The notes under the pieces: model-generated
What the model saw: the letters and a program-made list of their open reading frames with translations, nothing else
Databases searched by the model: none
What the model was told of the DNA's origin: nothing
Assembly (NCBI GenBank): GCA_964016885.1
Contig: OZ024747.1
Coordinates: 52,204,001 to 52,268,000, forward strand
Source: Eledone cirrhosa
Taxonomy: Eukaryota
DNA: 64,000 nucleotides
Direction: 5' to 3'
Shown here: one piece after another, positions 39,831 to 53,946 of the stretch
Position numbering within the stretch: position 1 is the stretch's first letter
Layout of the letters: each line of letters begins with the position of its first letter
Translations under genes and position numbers: made by a program

Positions 39831-40490
39831 CTTTTCGAGGGTACTATCTAAGGCAGCTAAGAAAGTGAGTCATTACAACTAGCCCAAAAGAGTTGAATGG
39901 TGCACCTGACGTTGACTCCTGCACACTTCAGTGCACAAGTATTTACATATCCATCAGCTGACTGCTCAAACGAATTAAAGATGTCACTTCCTTAACGTTC
40001 TCTAGCACCACCCATGGTCGTGTTTGAAAAACAAATGGACAAGTCGTTCGTATTTCGCATCTGACAAGAATTATATATTAAAAAACATTGCATGTATGTA
40101 AATATTGTATAAAAGCTTTTGATAAAAATTCTAAAAACGTATTCTATATCTGAGAGAAATCTTAATCAACAACGAATAAAATAATGTATATGATAAAACT
40201 GACATTGCATTGTCTTTAGGAAAGAGACAACATAAACAACTCATTGTCTCAGGAATTTGCAATCTACGGAAATAAATCCGTCGGCAATTTTCCATATTTT
40301 AACACGTTTGACAAATGTTTTTTGCCACTGATTTTTTTTTTCATAGGGATTTCGGGAATGATTGTTTTAGCTCAATTACTTCGAAGATTATATATCAAGC
40401 AAAAGATACAGCAATATGCATGTGTGTGTATATATATATATATATATACATATACCTCAAGCAAAAGAGACAACAATCTGCATGTGTGTG

Positions 40491-40564
<74 letters not shown>

Positions 40565-40700
40565 TAGGTAGGTAGGTAGCTAAGGTAAATAAAGTAAACC
40601 GTCAACAAACACTCAGATATCTATCTAAGCACATAAAGCACATAAACACATAGACAGCAAAGCAGAAAGAGGGATGGAAAGACAAATACTACCAGAATTA

Positions 40701-40742
<42 letters not shown>

Positions 40743-40746
<4 letters not shown>

Positions 40747-40930
40747 TGGCTGCCAACTCGTTTTCGAGGATGGCCACTACTTTATATCCATGTAGGAGAA
40801 CCCCTACCGATGCGCTGAACGAGTGTGACTTTTTAGTCCAGCCAGCGACTTGAAAACTCTGGTACAAACACTACACCTGTGACAATTATTGACACATAGT
40901 GCTGGGCCCATGGTACCATGTGACGACAAT
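40743..40930 (-). mobile_element. 3' end of RTE-like element with C2H2 finger
   Basis: CHRCSVCTRVFKSLAGLKSHTRSAHR*; near-identical to the reverse complement of 58970-59155. Confidence 0.75.
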
Positions 40931-41016
40931 ATACATACATACATACATACATACATACATACATACATACATACATACATACATACATACATGCATATTG
41001 CTTTACCTATTGCTTG

Positions 41017-41046
<30 letters not shown>

Positions 41047-41047
<1 letters not shown>

Positions 41048-41249
41048 ACGAAGGAAATGTGGTAAGGAATCAGGTGGACCATAACGCACCAAAGTACTCA
41101 ATATTAGGGTAGTAGAGTGGGTAATAGGAACAAGTAAGACCCCGACGGCTGCTGAGCTCAAGCCGTTTCGACAGCTAATTCTGGACTGAATTCAGTCCAG
41201 AATTAACCGTCGAAACGGCTTGAGCTCAGCCGTCGGGGTCTTACTTGTT

Positions 41250-41254
<5 letters not shown>
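41047..41254. mobile_element. Fold-back pLTR fragment (fourth family), centre 41190/41191
   Basis: 41124-41190 is the reverse complement of 41191-41254 (3-bp indel); (TA)n flanks. Confidence 0.8.
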
Positions 41255-41329
<75 letters not shown>

Positions 41330-41351
41330 TATAGATATATGTGTGTGTGTG

Positions 41352-41384
<33 letters not shown>

Positions 41385-41662
41385 ATGTGTGTGTGTGTGT
41401 ATACAAGATTTACCCCCCGAGCCGAGAAAAATTTCAAGAAAGGAAATTTTCTGTCATACTTTGGTGAAATATCTAATAAGAGATGGGTCATAAATTGGAG
41501 TGGGACAGATTTCTAGGTAAAAAGCACATATCAGTGAATCAATGATCTAAGGCTGCCATTGCAAATATCGTCTCGAAGAATACATAGATGTGTTCATGGA
41601 GGTTTTATGAACGCATACGTTATCTGCTTACATGTGTATGTATATATACAATAAAATATGTA

Positions 41663-41777
<115 letters not shown>

Positions 41778-41781
41778 ATAT

Positions 41782-41820
<39 letters not shown>

Positions 41821-41916
41821 CATATATATATATACGTAATATACATAGATATATAACCATTTATAAATGGCATGTTTTCACAATTTGTAAGCACGTGTAT
41901 GAATACGCCTATAGGC

Positions 41917-42008
<92 letters not shown>

Positions 42009-42361
42009 ACATATATGTGTGTGTGTGTGCGTGTTTAAAACATGTTGGAAAAATGTGCGATCGATAAGGGAACAAAAACTCCATTTTCTCTTACGATTTC
42101 ATTCCGGCGGCCATTTTAAGTGACATAGTCAAATTGTTCTTTTGAATAAAATGCAAATGTTCAACTCCTGAGGTGTTGGTGTTTGTAAACAGAGACTAAC
42201 GCAATCTATGTTTTCTGCCAAGGGGCATGAAGGTGGCAAGCTGTGAGGCTTATAGAGTTAGAAGCAAGGCGACCGATTCACCGATTCAAATTTATAAAAC
42301 GCAGGAAACCAAGAGATAAAGAACCGAAAACAAATAAGTGTGTGTGGATGCATATGTATAT

Positions 42362-42496
<135 letters not shown>

Positions 42497-42804
42497 CATA
42501 TGTGTGTGTATAAGTGAAACGTTAGCGATCTTTAACAATGTTTTGCACGATCATCTTAAAAAACAGGTTTCTACTTTCGCTTCCACTTTTCATTTTAATT
42601 ATTTTCATTTCTTACATATTGAGATTCAAGGACCCGGATATACATATATACTCACAAATATGTATTTACATATATGCATACAAACATACATACTTATATA
42701 TACATGCATACTTACATACATACATGCATACATTCTTACATACATGCATACATACTTACATACTTACATACATACACGCATACATACTTACATACATGCA
42801 TACA

Positions 42805-42964
<160 letters not shown>

Positions 42965-42989
42965 CTACAATATTTTCTATACCTTTCAT

Positions 42990-43022
<33 letters not shown>

Positions 43023-43381
43023 TGTGTGTATATATAATTATATGGATATAGATATTTCGTTTAATGGTACGTGTTTGTGATCGTATGTTCTTATACACGT
43101 ATATACACAGACAGACACACATGCTTACATTCATCATACATACATACATGCTATATATAAGAATTCTTCTTCATTGGCATATATGTACGTGTTTATATGA
43201 ATGCAAATAGAAATATATATGTGAGGCGGGGATGGTGCATGTGCTTGTATGTTAGTGTGTGTATGCATAGACACACGCACACACACACACACACATATAT
43301 ATATATGCATTCATATAAGCAAATACATATATGAGAATAAGGTGTCAATGAATAAGAATTTTTACATATTGTGTGTATGTG

Positions 43382-43413
<32 letters not shown>

Positions 43414-43657
43414 TGTATGTATGTATGTATGTGTGTATGTGTGTATGTATGTATGTAATATCTATATAACGAAGTTTCAATTTAAAATTTTCTCTATTGA
43501 ATATCGAAAGTTACTTATTTCTCTGATGATTGGCTTCAGGTCTTTATCGATGTGATAGATAATTTATATCTATCTATCTATCTATATATATATATATATA
43601 TATACAGAGAGAGAGAGCGAGAGAGAGAGAGAGCGAGAGAGAGAGAGAGAGAGAGGA

Positions 43658-43719
<62 letters not shown>

Positions 43720-43774
43720 TGAATAGATTGATAGAGATAGATTGGTAGATATATATATATAGAGAGAGAGAGAT

Positions 43775-43848
<74 letters not shown>

Positions 43849-44469
43849 TTAAAGAGTCGAAGAGTTGCAGCATATGTACAAACTTTATTTGCATGTAACA
43901 ATTTGTTTTCGCATCGATGTACAGCCGTAGCACTGAAAAAAAAACACCCCAAACGACACGGATCTCGTAACACCATTGAGTGCTTCGAACGGCGCGCCGC
44001 CTGTAACTATTGTTATACACTTAACCAACACTCACACATATATATATATATATATATATATTGTGTGTGTGTGTTTCTGTGTGTGTGTAGGATAAATGAT
44101 AAAGATTTGAAAAAAGTACCCACTGTATAATATATACATTTTATATACATGTTACGTGTACAGTAAACATTTGTTTACATCGAAAGAATAGTTTTTCTAA
44201 TTTTGTACTTTATCGGTATCGATCAAAACACCTTTTCAAAAGTTTTTTTTATGAACTCCATTTCCTTTCTTTTGAAATATTACAAAACAAGTTAAATGTC
44301 TAAACTGATATTTACTTATTTATTTTTTAGTTATGTTTTCTTAGTCTGCGCAACTCCAATTTTCACTGATGCACTTACAAATTGTTTTATACAGTCTTTC
44401 GCCAAATCTGTCATAACCACATATTTCACAATACTTCAATAAAGACATAAGGTGTTAAATATATAGTAA

Positions 44470-44652
44470 TTGTTTCTACTTTTGGCACAAGGCCAGCAAT
44501 TATCCCAGTGCATTACTGGTACATTATTGTATCGACCCTGTAAGGATAAAAGGCAAAGTTAACCTCGGCGGGATTTGAACTCAGATCGTAACGGGTTGTA
44601 ACCCTATACTGCAAAGCATTGCGTCCGACCCTCTACCGATACTGCCAATCCA
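44470..44652 (-). mobile_element. SINE family A
   Basis: Near-identical to 36041-36223. Confidence 0.9.
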
Positions 44653-44719
44653 ATGGAGAGAAAGTAACGTCTGAACGAGTCTCTTCAACCTGCCTAACTT
44701 ACTTATCCTTCTCCTCTTG

Positions 44720-44835
44720 CTCCTGATTGACAGGGTGGAGAATACATTGTCACGGAGGACGGCCAGGGAAACGGGCTGGAACAGTCACTCTAACTCACCG
44801 AGCTCGCACATGCGGGTGGCTAACATCGCTCCGAT
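44720..44835 (-). mobile_element. Diverged CRE-like 3' fragment
   Basis: Minus strand IGAMLATRMCELGELE*LFQPVSLAVLRDNVFSTL. Confidence 0.65.
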
Positions 44836-44886
44836 AAACGAATTCGTTTATTTGTCATTTTCAATACATAGGTATAGAAAAAGTTG

Positions 44887-45560
44887 CACAAATGTGAGGT
44901 CATAGTCAAATATGTTAAGATATTCTCTACAGAACTGAAGACTGACCACAAATGTGAGGTCATAGTCAAATATGTTAAGATATTCTCTACAGAACTGAAG
45001 ACTGACCACAAATGTGAGGTCACAGTCAAATATGTTAAGATATTCTCTACAGAACTGAAGTACTGACCACAAATGTGAGGTCATAGTCAAATATGTTAAG
45101 ATATTCTCTACAGAACTGAAGTACTGAGCACAAATGTGAGGTCATAGTCTAATATGTTAAGATATTCTCTACAGAACTGAAGTACTGAGCACAAATGTGA
45201 GGTCATAGTCAAATATGTTAAGATATTCTCTACAGAACTGAAGTACTGACCACAAATGCGAGGTCATAGTCTAATATGTTAAGATATTCTCTACAGAACT
45301 GAAGTACTGAGCACAAATGTGAGATCATAGTCAAATATGTTAAGATATTCTCTACAGAACTGAAGTACTGACCACAAATGTGAGGTCATAGTCAAATATG
45401 TTAAGATATTCTCTACAGAACTGAAGTACTGAGCACAAATGTGAGGTCATAGTCAAATATGTTAAGATATTCTCTACAGAACTGAAGTACTGAGCACAAA
45501 TGTGAGGTCATAGTCAAATATGTTAAGATATTCTCTACAGAACTGAAGTACTGAGCACAA
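44887..45560. repeat. 61-bp tandem minisatellite, 11 units
   Basis: cacaaatgtgaggtcatagtcaaatatgttaagatattctctacagaactgaagtactga(c/g); first two units 60 bp; very few substitutions. Confidence 0.97.
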
Positions 45561-45761
45561 TGCTGTGTTGATGTGTGTGTATGTGTATGTATGTGTGTAT
45601 ATGTGTATGTGTATGTTTGTGAAATGTGTTGATGTGTGTGTATATATGCATATGTGTGTGTGTTTGTGAAATGTGTTGATGTGTGTGTGTATGTATGTGT
45701 GTGTGTGTGTTTGTGCAATGTGTTGACGTGTGTGTGTATGTGTGTTTGTGAAATGTGTTGA

Positions 45762-45792
<31 letters not shown>

Positions 45793-46589
45793 TTGTGAAA
45801 TGTGTTGATGTGTGTGTATGTACTTTAATAACAAGTTCGGAGTGCTACATATATTTCGTTTTTTATATTTTCCCATATTTTATTTTAGTTCTATCTTAAT
45901 TTTGTTTTAATACAATCTTTCCACTCTATATTTTCTAACCGGATTAACTTCTAGTTGAAAGAAAGAAAAAAAAAAGAAAATATCAAAGGTGAATCTTTGG
46001 CGCCGATTGCTCACTCCCTTATCAGCTTCATTAAACATTTAGGTGACTATTACTGATATGGAGCAACAAAAATATAAACAAAATGAAAGTCTCATTTCTC
46101 AAATATATTTTTTAGTACAATATTTATATATTTTCATATCTCTGGAACTATAAAGTATATAATTGTATATAAGAGTATTGACATATAAGAATGACATCAT
46201 ATTCAGTAATAAAAATATTTTGGGAATGGTGTTTTAGTGTCAAGTCAAACCACATTGCTATTTAAAACCTATACACAGCGTATTTACATATTTGTTTTAC
46301 TTGAATACATTTTATTTTCATGTTTTTAATCTAACCGTATAGTCTTTTAATAGCAAACAGCTTTAAACTGCTTTAAACCCTTTTTCTACGATACAAAGCT
46401 AATATTTTTTTCTGTGTTTATAATGTATCTAAAAACCTCGCATCATAATTTTATACGAGAACTTTTTTAATGAGAAAGTTATATTTCTAAATCTCTGGTC
46501 GTCTAAAAGTGAAGGCGCATGGCTTAGTGGTTAGAGCATTAGGCTTGCAATAGGTTGTGAGTTCAATTCTCGTACCGGGTGATGTGTTG

Positions 46590-47052
46590 TTTCCTTGAGC
46601 TGGAAGAGCCACTCCAACTCGCGGGGCTCACACCTGCGGATGGCCAGCTCAGCGCCTATGGTGGTGAGTAAGGAGGTAGCCCTGGAGCCGAGGACACCAG
46701 AAGTCTCCACTGCCAGGGGTACGACCGCAAACCTGTCGGAGAGCGACCGGTATTTGAGGAGTTTGGCCCCCTCAGCCCGACGTGCAGCAGAACCTGGGTC
46801 AGTCGTAGACTGCACCAGGTTGCGGCTGCAGAAAGTGTCGGTGCAAGTGGCATCCCAGACGAGGGGTTTGCCACCGCGGAACGGGAAGATGGTCATGCCA
46901 TCTGGCCTTTTGCCGTCCCCTCGATCCAGCCCCACCGGTTTGAGCTGGGAAGGGAAGCCTGCAGCGTCCAAGCCGTGCTTCATGACCTCGTTGAGGGCAG
47001 CATGGCGTGGAATGCGGCCGGCACTGTGGCGACAGGAAAGCGGGTGGACGCC
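46590..47052 (-). mobile_element. CRE-like LINE fragment: zinc knuckle end + restriction-like endonuclease
   Basis: HPLSCRHSAGRIPRHAALNEV...GKRPDGMTIFPFRGGKPLVWDATCTD...AKLLKY...VPLAVETSGVLG; abuts a tRNA-SINE head at 46514-46598. Confidence 0.88.
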
Positions 47053-47664
47053 GAAAAACTCACAAATGAATTTACGTATCTGCTATGTTAGAGCGAAACT
47101 AATTTTGTTTGTCTTTTTTATATACACTGTCTTTTATTACATATACAATAAAGAAAGGGTTAAAGGTTTTATATTTATCTAACAACAATCCATCATTGTT
47201 TTATATAAGAAAGAAAATTTCTTACAATATATTCCAAACACCAGATATATAATGAGAAATTTTGTTATATCACTAAATCTTTCCAAATTAAAATTATTTG
47301 AAAATTATAGATAGTCTTCTATTTTGCCTATAGACGTTGACTAACAACACTGATCTCACTGGTCTTCGAAGAGGACCTATGAAGGATTCACCCTGTCTCT
47401 CCATACTGAACAACTTATCATAAAGTGTAGGTTTTTGTATAGGCGGCTATTTAAGTTCTGAGTTCAAATCTCTCCCAGGGCAATTTTACCTTTCTTCCTC
47501 TCGGGAACAATAAACAAAATACTAGTCTAATACTGGACCTAACTGCTTCTCTATACACCTCCCTCACTCTCACACACACACTCAATTTATCTATCTACCT
47601 ATTTACCTGGAATAAATAGTTCAGTAATATATTGTGAAAATGTATAACAACTTCTGTGTATCTT

Positions 47665-47989
47665 CATGGGTTCCCAACCTGTTTTGTGTCATCGCTCACT
47701 TTCACGTGGACTATCCACCGCCCACCTGTTTAGTAAATATTCTAAATCATACCAAAAATGTTTGGTAAAAGTTTGTTACTGGTTCGTTATTTTCATTTAG
47801 TCTCCTGTTTTTTCCCATTTAGCCTCCGGTTATTTTCATATCTCCTTTGAATATTTGTCTTCGGGTAGCATATGTTGAAATACCATCTCAATATTCAAAA
47901 TCTTATATCGTTCAACAACCGCCCACCATTTTCTGTTCAGTTCCTCGTCGCCCATCGGTGGGCGATATCGCTCAGGTTGAAAAACCCTG
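47665..47989. mobile_element. Probable hAT/Charlie-like MITE
   Basis: Imperfect TIR catgggttcccaacctg / caggttgaaaaaccctg; no clean TSD. Confidence 0.55.
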
Positions 47990-48054
47990 ATCTAAATGAT
48001 AATAACAAATCCGGCATTAATCCTTTAGTAATTTAACTATATTGCCAATTAATT

Positions 48055-49630
48055 ATTTCTAGTTTTGGCACAAGGCCAGCAATTACCCCAGTGTATTACT
48101 GATGCTTTATTTTATCGACCCCGTAAGGATGAAAGGCAAAGTTAACCTCGCCTTTCAATTAATACTAGCCCGTCAAACCTGCACTATTTGTAAATAAACA
48201 GTCAACAAAATAGTTTATTTACAAACAGTATAAGAAGATAAGGCGGCGAATTAAGGGTCGTTAGAACGTCAGATAGAATGCTTCGCGATATTCGTTTCGG
48301 CTCTTTGTTTTCTTAGTTCAAATCCTGCCGAGGTCAACTTTGTCTTTCACTAATACAAGATCAATTTAAAAAGTACCAGTCAAGTACTGGGATTCTTCTT
48401 CTATATATCGTTCTCACTTCTATTCTCTCACTCTCTATATCCTTCTCTGGAGGAAATCTGCTGTAGGCCTGGAGAAGAGATGGGCTCCGCCAGGTGTCAA
48501 ATATGCCCTAGAAACGCCGTACGGCACCCCCTACGATTCCCACGGGAGTTACGGGACCATATATGCATCGTAATGAAGCATCTACAGCTAAATAATTTAT
48601 AAATTCTTAAATACATATCCAGGATTGTTATCCACGAATACTGAGATAGCTCCGATGTGATCCCAGGTCAAAATACTCACAGTGAATCTATATATTAATA
48701 AATGATTATAAAAAAAAACAAAAAAACTAGAGCATATGAGTCAATGTACCCCTTTATTGTGCTGCACGATGTTTTAATGTTGTCACTAAAGTTGGGCTTT
48801 TATGTATAGCCCCGTAACTCTTGATAGAGTCGTAGGGTCGCCGTATTACACGTTTCTAGAGCATTTTAAGCCTGGCGGAGCCCACCGCAGATTTCTTCCT
48901 GAGAAAGATAGAAAATGAGAGTAAGGAAATGAGAAAGGGATATAGAGAAAGAATTGACTCCAGTACTAGACTGGTATTATATTTGTATGTATGATCCCGT
49001 AACTCCTGATAGAGTCGTATGGGCGCCGTCGTGACATGCGGCCCTTTCTTGGGCATTTTAAGCCTGGCGGAACCTATCCATCTCCAGGTCTGAGTACAAC
49101 AGATTTCTTGCAGAGAAAGTTAGAGAGAGGAAATGACAAAGATATATAGAGGAAGACTCCACACCAGTAATGGTACTTTTTTTTTATTGACTTCGAAAGG
49201 ATGAAAGAAAAAAAAGATGATCGGTGGGATTTGAACTCAGTGAGAAGAGAACCGGTACGAATACTATAAAGTATTCTATCCGACGTTCTAACGACCCAGC
49301 CAATTCGCCGCCTGTATGATTCAAAGTCCGTGTATATATAGGAGGCTTGAACATATGGATATATTTGCATCTAGAAGCAGATGTATCTATATTATATAAT
49401 ACATATTTAAGGGCGGTGGATTGGCAGTGTCGGTAGCGGGCCGGACGCCATGCTTTGTAGCATAGAGTTACGGTCCTTTACGATCTGAGTTCAAATCCCG
49501 CCGAGGTTAACTTTGCTTTCATCCTTACGGGGTCGATAAAATAAAGTACCAGTCACGCACTGGGGTCGATTCAATCGACTTTCCCCTCCGCCAAAATTGC
49601 TGGCCTTGTGCCTATATAAGAAACAATTAT
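48055..49630. mobile_element. SINE cluster: 48055-48150(-), 48240-48570(+), 48800-48975(-), 48985-49312(-), 49410-49630(+)
   Basis: Family A core in several copies; three share the long tail ccgccagg...tacga.tc....ggagttacggg. Confidence 0.75.
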
Positions 49631-49725
49631 ATAATATATATTTATTTTATACAACTCTTCTCCCAATCACATTTAAAAATCTAATATTTTATTACAAAAA
49701 TTATCGATTACGATATATATATATA

Positions 49726-50337
49726 TTTATTTATTAAAATAACAGATTAAAGTTTAAGCAAAGAATCGCTGCTTTCACTCTTAACGGGATCTTCTGAAAC
49801 TAAAAAAATCAATATGTGAACGCAGAAGTAAATATTTCAAAAAACGTTGCAACCGAAGGAAGACAGGAAGACGATACTTTGGTTCGTGGAAACGTTCCCT
49901 GGCAAAGAACGGATTATTCTTCAGGTCCTGCTAGAAGGAATTGCTCCTATTCCGAAATTTGATAGTCCGTATGAGTTCCAAGACATCATTTTCGAAGGGT
50001 AGAAAAGCTGGGTTACTCGGAGGGTTATTATAGGTTTTAAACCCAAATTTATCCTGTTTGTTGTCTGCTTTTCCCTGATTATCGAAATAAAAGGTACGCC
50101 ATGGCAACCTTTTAATGAACGCGTCTGTTTTCTGTATCAGTAGCTTTAGGTATCTTTTCTGGTACGGGTATGTTCTTTGTAGAAATATTCAGATGTTGTT
50201 TCTGCATAATGAATATAAGTCAATAAAGTGCTCAACCGAGGGAGCCAAATAGTAATAATAATAAATTTGAAGACTACGGTTTTATATATTTGATATATAT
50301 TTATCCTTATCGAGCCCAAATTTATTATTATTACTAT
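49726..50337 (-). mobile_element. Internally deleted PLE (second family): pLTR end, ORF N-terminus, pLTR
   Basis: ATG at 50207(-): MQKQHLNISTKNIPVPEK / LIQKTDAFIKRLPWRTFYF / KFGFKTYNNPPSNPAFLPFENDVLELIRTIKFR (frameshifted); 49726-49912 matches 12471-12650. Confidence 0.75.
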
Positions 50338-50402
50338 ATATGTATATATATATATATACACAATATATTAATAAATGGAAACTATATTTATAAAACCATA
50401 TT

Positions 50403-50468
50403 TATTTTATTATATATATTTCAAGGGCAACCAAGGCAAATTATGGTGCGCTTTCATCAGATAAAATA
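50403..50468 (-). ncRNA. Type I hammerhead motif (minus-strand mirror)
   Basis: Reverse complement of 50586-50651. Confidence 0.82.
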
Positions 50469-50585
50469 CAGATTTGTTTTATAAATAAATATTGACATAC
50501 CCGGAAAAAAAGACAACCTTATCAGTTGGAGCTTCCTGGATAGATATAAATACAAATATAAATATTTATTTACAAAACAAATCTG

Positions 50586-50651
50586 TATTTTATCTGATGA
50601 AAGCGCACCATAATTTGCCTTGGTTGCCCTTGAAATATATATAATAAAATA
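50586..50651 (+). ncRNA. Type I hammerhead motif
   Basis: tattttat-CTGATGA-aagcgcacca...tggttgccctt-GAAA-tatata-TA-ataaaata. Confidence 0.85.
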
Positions 50652-50940
50652 AATATGGTTTTATAAATATAGTTTCCATTTATTAATATATTGTGTATTT
50701 ACTCCACTAACTTGTTGAGTGCTTTATATCAGTTATAAAACATTTTTAAGCTTGTTGAATCCCAACAAATTAAATATAACTTCTGCATATATATATATAT
50801 ATATATATGTAGAAGTTATATTTAATTTTTTGGGATACAACAAGCAAATATTTTTATAACTGATATAAAGCACTCAACAATTTTTTGGAGTAAAAATACA
50901 ATATATTAATAAATGGAAACTATATTTATAAAACCATATG

Positions 50941-51005
50941 TATTTCATTATACATATTTCAAGGACACCAAAGCAAATTATGGTGCGCTTTCATCAGATA
51001 AAATA
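50941..51005 (-). ncRNA. Type I hammerhead motif (minus strand)
   Basis: Reverse complement: tattttat-CTGATGA-aagcgcacca...tggtgtcctt-GAAA-tatgta-TA-atgaaata. Confidence 0.82.
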
Positions 51006-52202
51006 TAATATAGATCAGTTTTATAAACAAATATTGACATAGCCTTAAAAGAATGCGACCCAATCTTTTCAGTTGCTGCAAACATAGATTGAATTCAACG
51101 CTTAAATATAAATTTAAAATGTAATAGATAACTCATCTTATTAAACCTAACGATAAATCACTAGATTCCTTCGTACGACTGCCAAAAACTCTCTTAAAGG
51201 AGAAAAATTTTTCCTTGAAATTCTTCTAGATAAACATACTTAAAGTTTTAAAAAAAATGGATATATAAAAAATTAAGATAAACATACTGAAAGTTTCAAA
51301 AAAAAAAAACTGTTTTTTTGGTTAATTCCTCTGATGGATATATAGAAAGTTATAATTCATATTTTATACTGTGTTTATACTGGGTTTTTTCTATGTATTC
51401 TTATATATATATTTTAAAAGCTACATATTTTTGGAATTATATTGCTTAAAAATTACATTGCTTAAAAATATAATTCCTTTTAAAATTATATAATTATATT
51501 TTTTTTAAATTGTAATTCCTTTTTCAAAAATTGTAATTCCTTGTAAAATTATAATCCTTTAAAAATTATAACTCACATTTTTATTTTATTTTATAGTATG
51601 TATTTTGTATTTATATATATATGTATATATGTATATGTATGTGTGTATATGTATGTATATGTATATATGTGTGTATATGTGCCTATCCATGTATGTATGT
51701 CTATGTATATGTGGGTCTATATATATCGAAATGTATCATTTTGAATGCATTCTATGAATGAACTCATGTAAAAAGGTTTTTTTACGGTTTATGCTTTAGA
51801 TATATTCTTAAGAAAAACTTTAAATATTAAGACGTTATAGTAAACAAACTCATATTTTAACAGTCACAACTATATAACAGGTGGATCTATAAAATATATA
51901 AATTTTATAACTTACTATAAAATAATATAAGGTTCTCTTATAATCTTAACTTTTTTTATCATCTTAACTTTTATAACATTTAATCATTAGAACTATCTAA
52001 ATTACAAATAAATCAATTAATTTCCCCTCACGCTGTATTGCTATTACTAAGAAGAGTTTTTCTTCAGTAAAATCTCTGAATATTCCTACATTTTAAATAT
52101 ATATTTTGTCATTTCTTATAAGTTTTATTGTTGGTTGATGATTAATAATAAATTTATGTAAGGTTATGTAATAATAACATATTTTAAGAATATTTTTTAT
52201 GG

Positions 52203-52281
<79 letters not shown>

Positions 52282-52727
52282 ATATATATTCTTTTAATAA
52301 AATATAGATCTCAATTTTTAATTTTTTATTTTTAATTTATAGATCTCAATAATTTAATCAAATTTAAACAATAGATAAATTTCTCCGGTTACTACTATCT
52401 ATTTATTTATTTATCTATACACGCTAACTCATCCAACTATATATTTATCTTTTCGCTTCATCATTTCATAAAACTACGTTAATACAACACTCTCTTACTT
52501 AGGGTTTTCTCTCTTTCTCTTTCTCTTTCTCTTTCTCTTTCTTCTTTTGTTTTTTCCTATTCCAACGACTTAATTTAAATGTATGGGATTTAAACCTCTC
52601 CGACACTAATTTGCATAATAGACCAATAATAAAATTAATAACCCCACTATCCGGGAGCTTCCAACAGACATGGTCGCATTCTTTTAAGGGTATGGCAATA
52701 TTTGTTTATAAAACTGATCTATATTAC

Positions 52728-52790
52728 ATTTTATCTGATGAAAGCGCACCATAATTTGCTTTGGTGTCCTTGAAATATGTATAATGAAAT
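52728..52790 (+). ncRNA. Type I hammerhead motif
   Basis: attttat-CTGATGA(52735-52741)-aagcgcacca...tggtgtcctt-GAAA-tatgta-TA-atgaaat. Confidence 0.82.
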
Positions 52791-52829
52791 AAATATGGTT
52801 TTATAAATATAGTTTCCATTTATTAATAT

Positions 52830-52899
<70 letters not shown>

Positions 52900-52904
<5 letters not shown>

Positions 52905-53097
52905 AAAAGTATGACCCCGACGGCAGAGTAGAAGCCGCTTAGACGGCTATTTCTGGAACTCCAGAAATAGCCGTCGAAACGGCTTGAGCTCTGCCATCGG
53001 GGTCATACTTTTTCCTATTACCCACTCTACTACCCTAAGTATTAAGTACTCTGGTGCGTTATGGTCCATCTGGTTCCTTACCACAACTCCTTCGTTA
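52900..53097. mobile_element. Fold-back pLTR fragment (fourth family), centre 52958/52959
   Basis: aaaaagtatgaccccgacggcagag...tctgga ac tccaga...ctctgccatcggggtcatacttttt; long arm on the right. Confidence 0.8.
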
Positions 53098-53110
53098 TAT
53101 ATATATATAT

Positions 53111-53428
53111 AAAAAGATGAAATCGAAAATGCAACTGGAGTCTTATTTTTTTTTAAATATATATATTTATTTGGTTCCTTTACCGGTTTCGCAGTTCTTC
53201 TGCTTTTCAAAAGTAGAGTGGAGATGGAGTGTCTGAGATGTGAGAAAAACCACAGACCCTCCATCTCAATTCTACTTTTGAAAAGCAGAATAACTGCGAA
53301 ACCGGTAAAGGAACCAAATAAATATATATATTTAAAAAAAAATAAGACTCCAGTTGCATTTTCGATTTCATCTTTTTTTCTTTATACTTTCACTCGTGTT
53401 GGACACCTCGGTTATTTTTCATTTTGTA
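53111..53428. mobile_element. Fold-back element (fifth family), about 125-bp arms, with HHR 3' half
   Basis: 53111-53235 is the reverse complement of 53252-53377; gc-GAAA-ccgg-TA-aaggaacc at 53296-53315; (TA)n flanks. Confidence 0.75.
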
Positions 53429-53429
53429 A

Positions 53430-53465
<36 letters not shown>

Positions 53466-53534
53466 TTATATATATATATATATTAAAATAACAGATTAAA
53501 GTTTATTATTATTATTATTATTATTACTACCGAT

Positions 53535-53722
53535 GACGGTGGATTGGCAGTATCGGTAGAGGGTCGGATGCCATGCTTTGACGCATAGCATCACGGACCT
53601 TGCCATTCTGAGTTCAAATCCCGCCGAGGTTAACTTTGCCTTTCATCCTTACGGGGTCGATAAAATAAAGCACCAATAATGCACTGGGTAACTGATGGCC
53701 TTGTGCCAAAAAGTAGAAATAA
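53535..53722 (+). mobile_element. SINE family A with (ATT)n tail
   Basis: gacggtggattggcagtatcggtagag...ccttacggggtcgataaaataaag...agaaataataattattatt. Confidence 0.9.
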
Positions 53723-53842
53723 TAATTATTATTATTACTATTATTTTTTTTACTATTATTTTTATTATTATTACTATTATATTTTTTTTATTACTATATA
53801 TATATATATTTACATGTGTGTATATATGTATTTATATGCAGG

Positions 53843-53875
<33 letters not shown>

Positions 53876-53891
53876 TTGTGTGTGTGTGTGC

Positions 53892-53946
<55 letters not shown>

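Larger units (their letters stand above)
50357..50787. mobile_element. Fold-back PLE pLTR with HHR on both strands
   Basis: 50357-50493 is the reverse complement of 50561-50697; (TA)n flanks. Confidence 0.9.
50808..52835 (+). mobile_element. 5'-truncated PLE: inverted pLTR, last codons of ORF, 1.5-kb AT-rich spacer, pLTR
   Basis: About 50895-51060 is the reverse complement of about 52672-52835; 51068-51110 reads FSCCKHRLNSTLKY (cf. FSSCRHRLNSTFR near 8330); (TA)n flanks. Confidence 0.88.

Noticed and set aside
44887-45560. CRISPR-like periodic array
   Set aside because: Units are contiguous with no unique spacers; eukaryotic context; no cas genes
48480-48885. Apparent MITE with about 85-bp terminal inverted repeats
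   Set aside because: The arms are tails of two oppositely oriented long-tail SINE copies; a third copy of the same tail lies at 48985-49100
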